Part shown: piece by piece, positions 62,486 through 64,000 of the stretch
How the letters are laid out: every line of letters begins with the position of its first letter
How positions within the stretch are numbered: position 1 is the stretch's first letter
NCBI GenBank assembly: GCA_963744145.1
Contig: CAVUSO010000001.1
Span: 7,520,001-7,584,000, forward strand
DNA length: 64,000 bases
From: an uncultured cyanobacterium
GTDB lineage: Bacteria > Cyanobacteriota > Cyanobacteriia > Cyanobacteriales > CAWUOF01
Reading direction: 5' to 3'
The notes under the pieces: model-generated
Databases searched by the model: none
Told to the model about the DNA's origin: nothing
What the model saw: only the letters and a program-made list of their open reading frames with translations
Program-made: the position numbers and the translations under genes

Positions 62486-63262
62486 ATGGAAAGATCCGAA
62501 TTTCTTGATTATTCATGGTTGTTTAACCCCTGGGTTGTCGCGATCGCGCTCCATAGCATTTTGGGGACGATCTCCTATTTTGCCCCACTCAAATTACTCA
62601 CTCCGATGGGTTTACTTCATGCTTGTGGATTGGGTGTAATTATTTGGGGTACTTTAGGCTGGTCTGGTTATACAATTGTCATGTTTTATTTTCTGGTTGG
62701 TTCAGGTGTAACTCGGATCAGAATGGACCAAAAACAAGCTGAGGGTATAGCTGAAAAACGTTCTGGTGCTAGAGGTCCAGAAAATGTTTGGGGTTCGGCG
62801 CTCATCGGTACTATTTGTGCTTTACTGACGTTAATTCCTGCTATCGATCATATCATCCCCCAGTCTTGGTTATTAGTAGCTTATGTAGCTAGTTTTAGCA
62901 CTAAGTTGGCTGATACTTGCGCGAGTGAGTTTGGTAAAGCTTATGGAAAGCGGACATTTTTAATTACTACCTTACAACCAGTCCCGCGAGGAACAGAAGG
63001 AGCGGTAAGTCTAGAAGGTACTTTAGCTGGAATCCTGGGTTCAATCGCGATCGCTTTGGTCGGGTTAGGAGTGGGAATGATTAACTTGCAGGGTGGGTTA
63101 TTTTCTGTAGTTGCAGCTTTTATTGCAACTAATATAGAAAGTGTGATTGGTGCTACACTTCAAGCCAAATTTAGTTGGCTAACTAATGAAGTAGTAAATA
63201 TGATCAATACTTTCATTGGAGCGATCGCCGCGATTACTTTTGCTTGGATTTGGCATTATTAA
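62486..63262 (+). CDS. DUF92/TIGR00297 membrane protein (VTE6-like phytyl-phosphate kinase family)
   Basis: RGPENVWGS, KLADTCASEFG, GTEGAVSLEGT motifs. Confidence 0.87.
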   Translation: MERSEFLDYSWLFNPWVVAIALHSILGTISYFAPLKLLTPMGLLHACGLGVIIWGTLGWSGYTIVMFYFLVGSGVTRIRMDQKQAEGIAEKRSGARGPENVWGSALIGTICALLTLIPAIDHIIPQSWLLVAYVASFSTKLADTCASEFGKAYGKRTFLITTLQPVPRGTEGAVSLEGTLAGILGSIAIALVGLGVGMINLQGGLFSVVAAFIATNIESVIGATLQAKFSWLTNEVVNMINTFIGAIAAITFAWIWHY

Positions 63263-63270
63263 TCTCCACA

Positions 63271-64000
63271 ATGAAAATTTTAACTAAATTTATCACTTCT
63301 TCAGTCTTAGTGATAGTCGGAATTAGCTGTCTAATCTGGGGAGAGGAAATTGTGATTAAACAATTAGATCGCTCGCTCCAGGTAAATTCTGAGCGCAATT
63401 CTCAGGAGTTGGAAACTATTTTTAAGGCTCAATTATATTTAAAAGACGAACTTCGGGCACTGAAAGATTTACTAATTTTTAATCGACTATCTATATATAT
63501 TACTCAATATGAAAAAGCCAGGTCTGATTTTTTATCAAGTTTGGCTAAATTAGCAAGTTTATTACCCCAAAATTCGGTTTTACAGAGTATTCGCGATCGG
63601 CACCAACTTCTCAATAACTTCGCCAAATCTATTCAGAAGAATAATTCTCATTTACCATCTCAAGCAAGTTTTCAAAAAATTAATTCTTTTCGAGATAATA
63701 TATTTAGGGATTTTCAAAATTTAGAAACCCAAATTAAAGCCAAAGAAAATTTAGAACATCAAGAAGATGTCAAGCTGAAACAAAAAATAGATTGGATTAG
63801 AAGAAGTATTATAATTACTATTATTTTGATGTTTATCGGTCAATTATTGTTAATTATCTTGCCCCTGATTAATTCCATTGAAAAACTCAAACAAGGAATA
63901 TTAATATTAGGTGCGGGAAATCTTGACTATCAGATTAAAGTTGAAACTGGGGATGAAATTGAAAAACTAGCTAAAGAATTTAATCAAATGGCAATGAGAT
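63271..64000 (+). CDS. HAMP-domain membrane sensor protein (partial; runs off the window)
   Basis: MKILTKFITSSVLVIVGISCLIW TM, periplasmic region, second TM, then HAMP GNLDYQIKVETGDEIEKLAKEFNQMA. Confidence 0.85.
   Translation, partial: MKILTKFITSSVLVIVGISCLIWGEEIVIKQLDRSLQVNSERNSQELETIFKAQLYLKDELRALKDLLIFNRLSIYITQYEKARSDFLSSLAKLASLLPQNSVLQSIRDRHQLLNNFAKSIQKNNSHLPSQASFQKINSFRDNIFRDFQNLETQIKAKENLEHQEDVKLKQKIDWIRRSIIITIILMFIGQLLLIILPLINSIEKLKQGILILGAGNLDYQIKVETGDEIEKLAKEFNQMAMR

Overview
Window from a cyanobacterial chromosome, probably a filamentous Oscillatoriales-like strain (abundant HIP1 GCGATCGC, NtcA-type site, sufR-sufBCDS, desB). Most of it is core genes: tRNA nucleotidyltransferase, hrcA, a signalling cluster, PGM/PMM, rdgB, glnB, desB, recG, aspA-like, corA, groEL with CIRCE, feoAB, suf, iscA. 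The most interesting locus is 203-2083 (- strand), a Ro60/TROVE gene directly preceded by two tandem tRNA-shaped ncRNAs. Each has acceptor, D and T arms with true tRNA-like ends, and one encodes CCA. In place of the anticodon arm each carries an insert with a Y RNA-like Ro-binding motif, so they look like circularly permuted YrlA-type Y RNAs. Other points of interest: a paralogous gene pair in which one member is fused to an apparently inactive dUTPase-like fold; nested MITE/REP elements with target-site duplications; a 5 x 165-bp tandem array; an internally deleted sensor kinase; a xisH remnant; a 58-aa gene missed by the ORF track; and three +1 frameshifts (recG, sufC, esterase) that may be sequence errors. 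All calls are by eye; no database searches were run.
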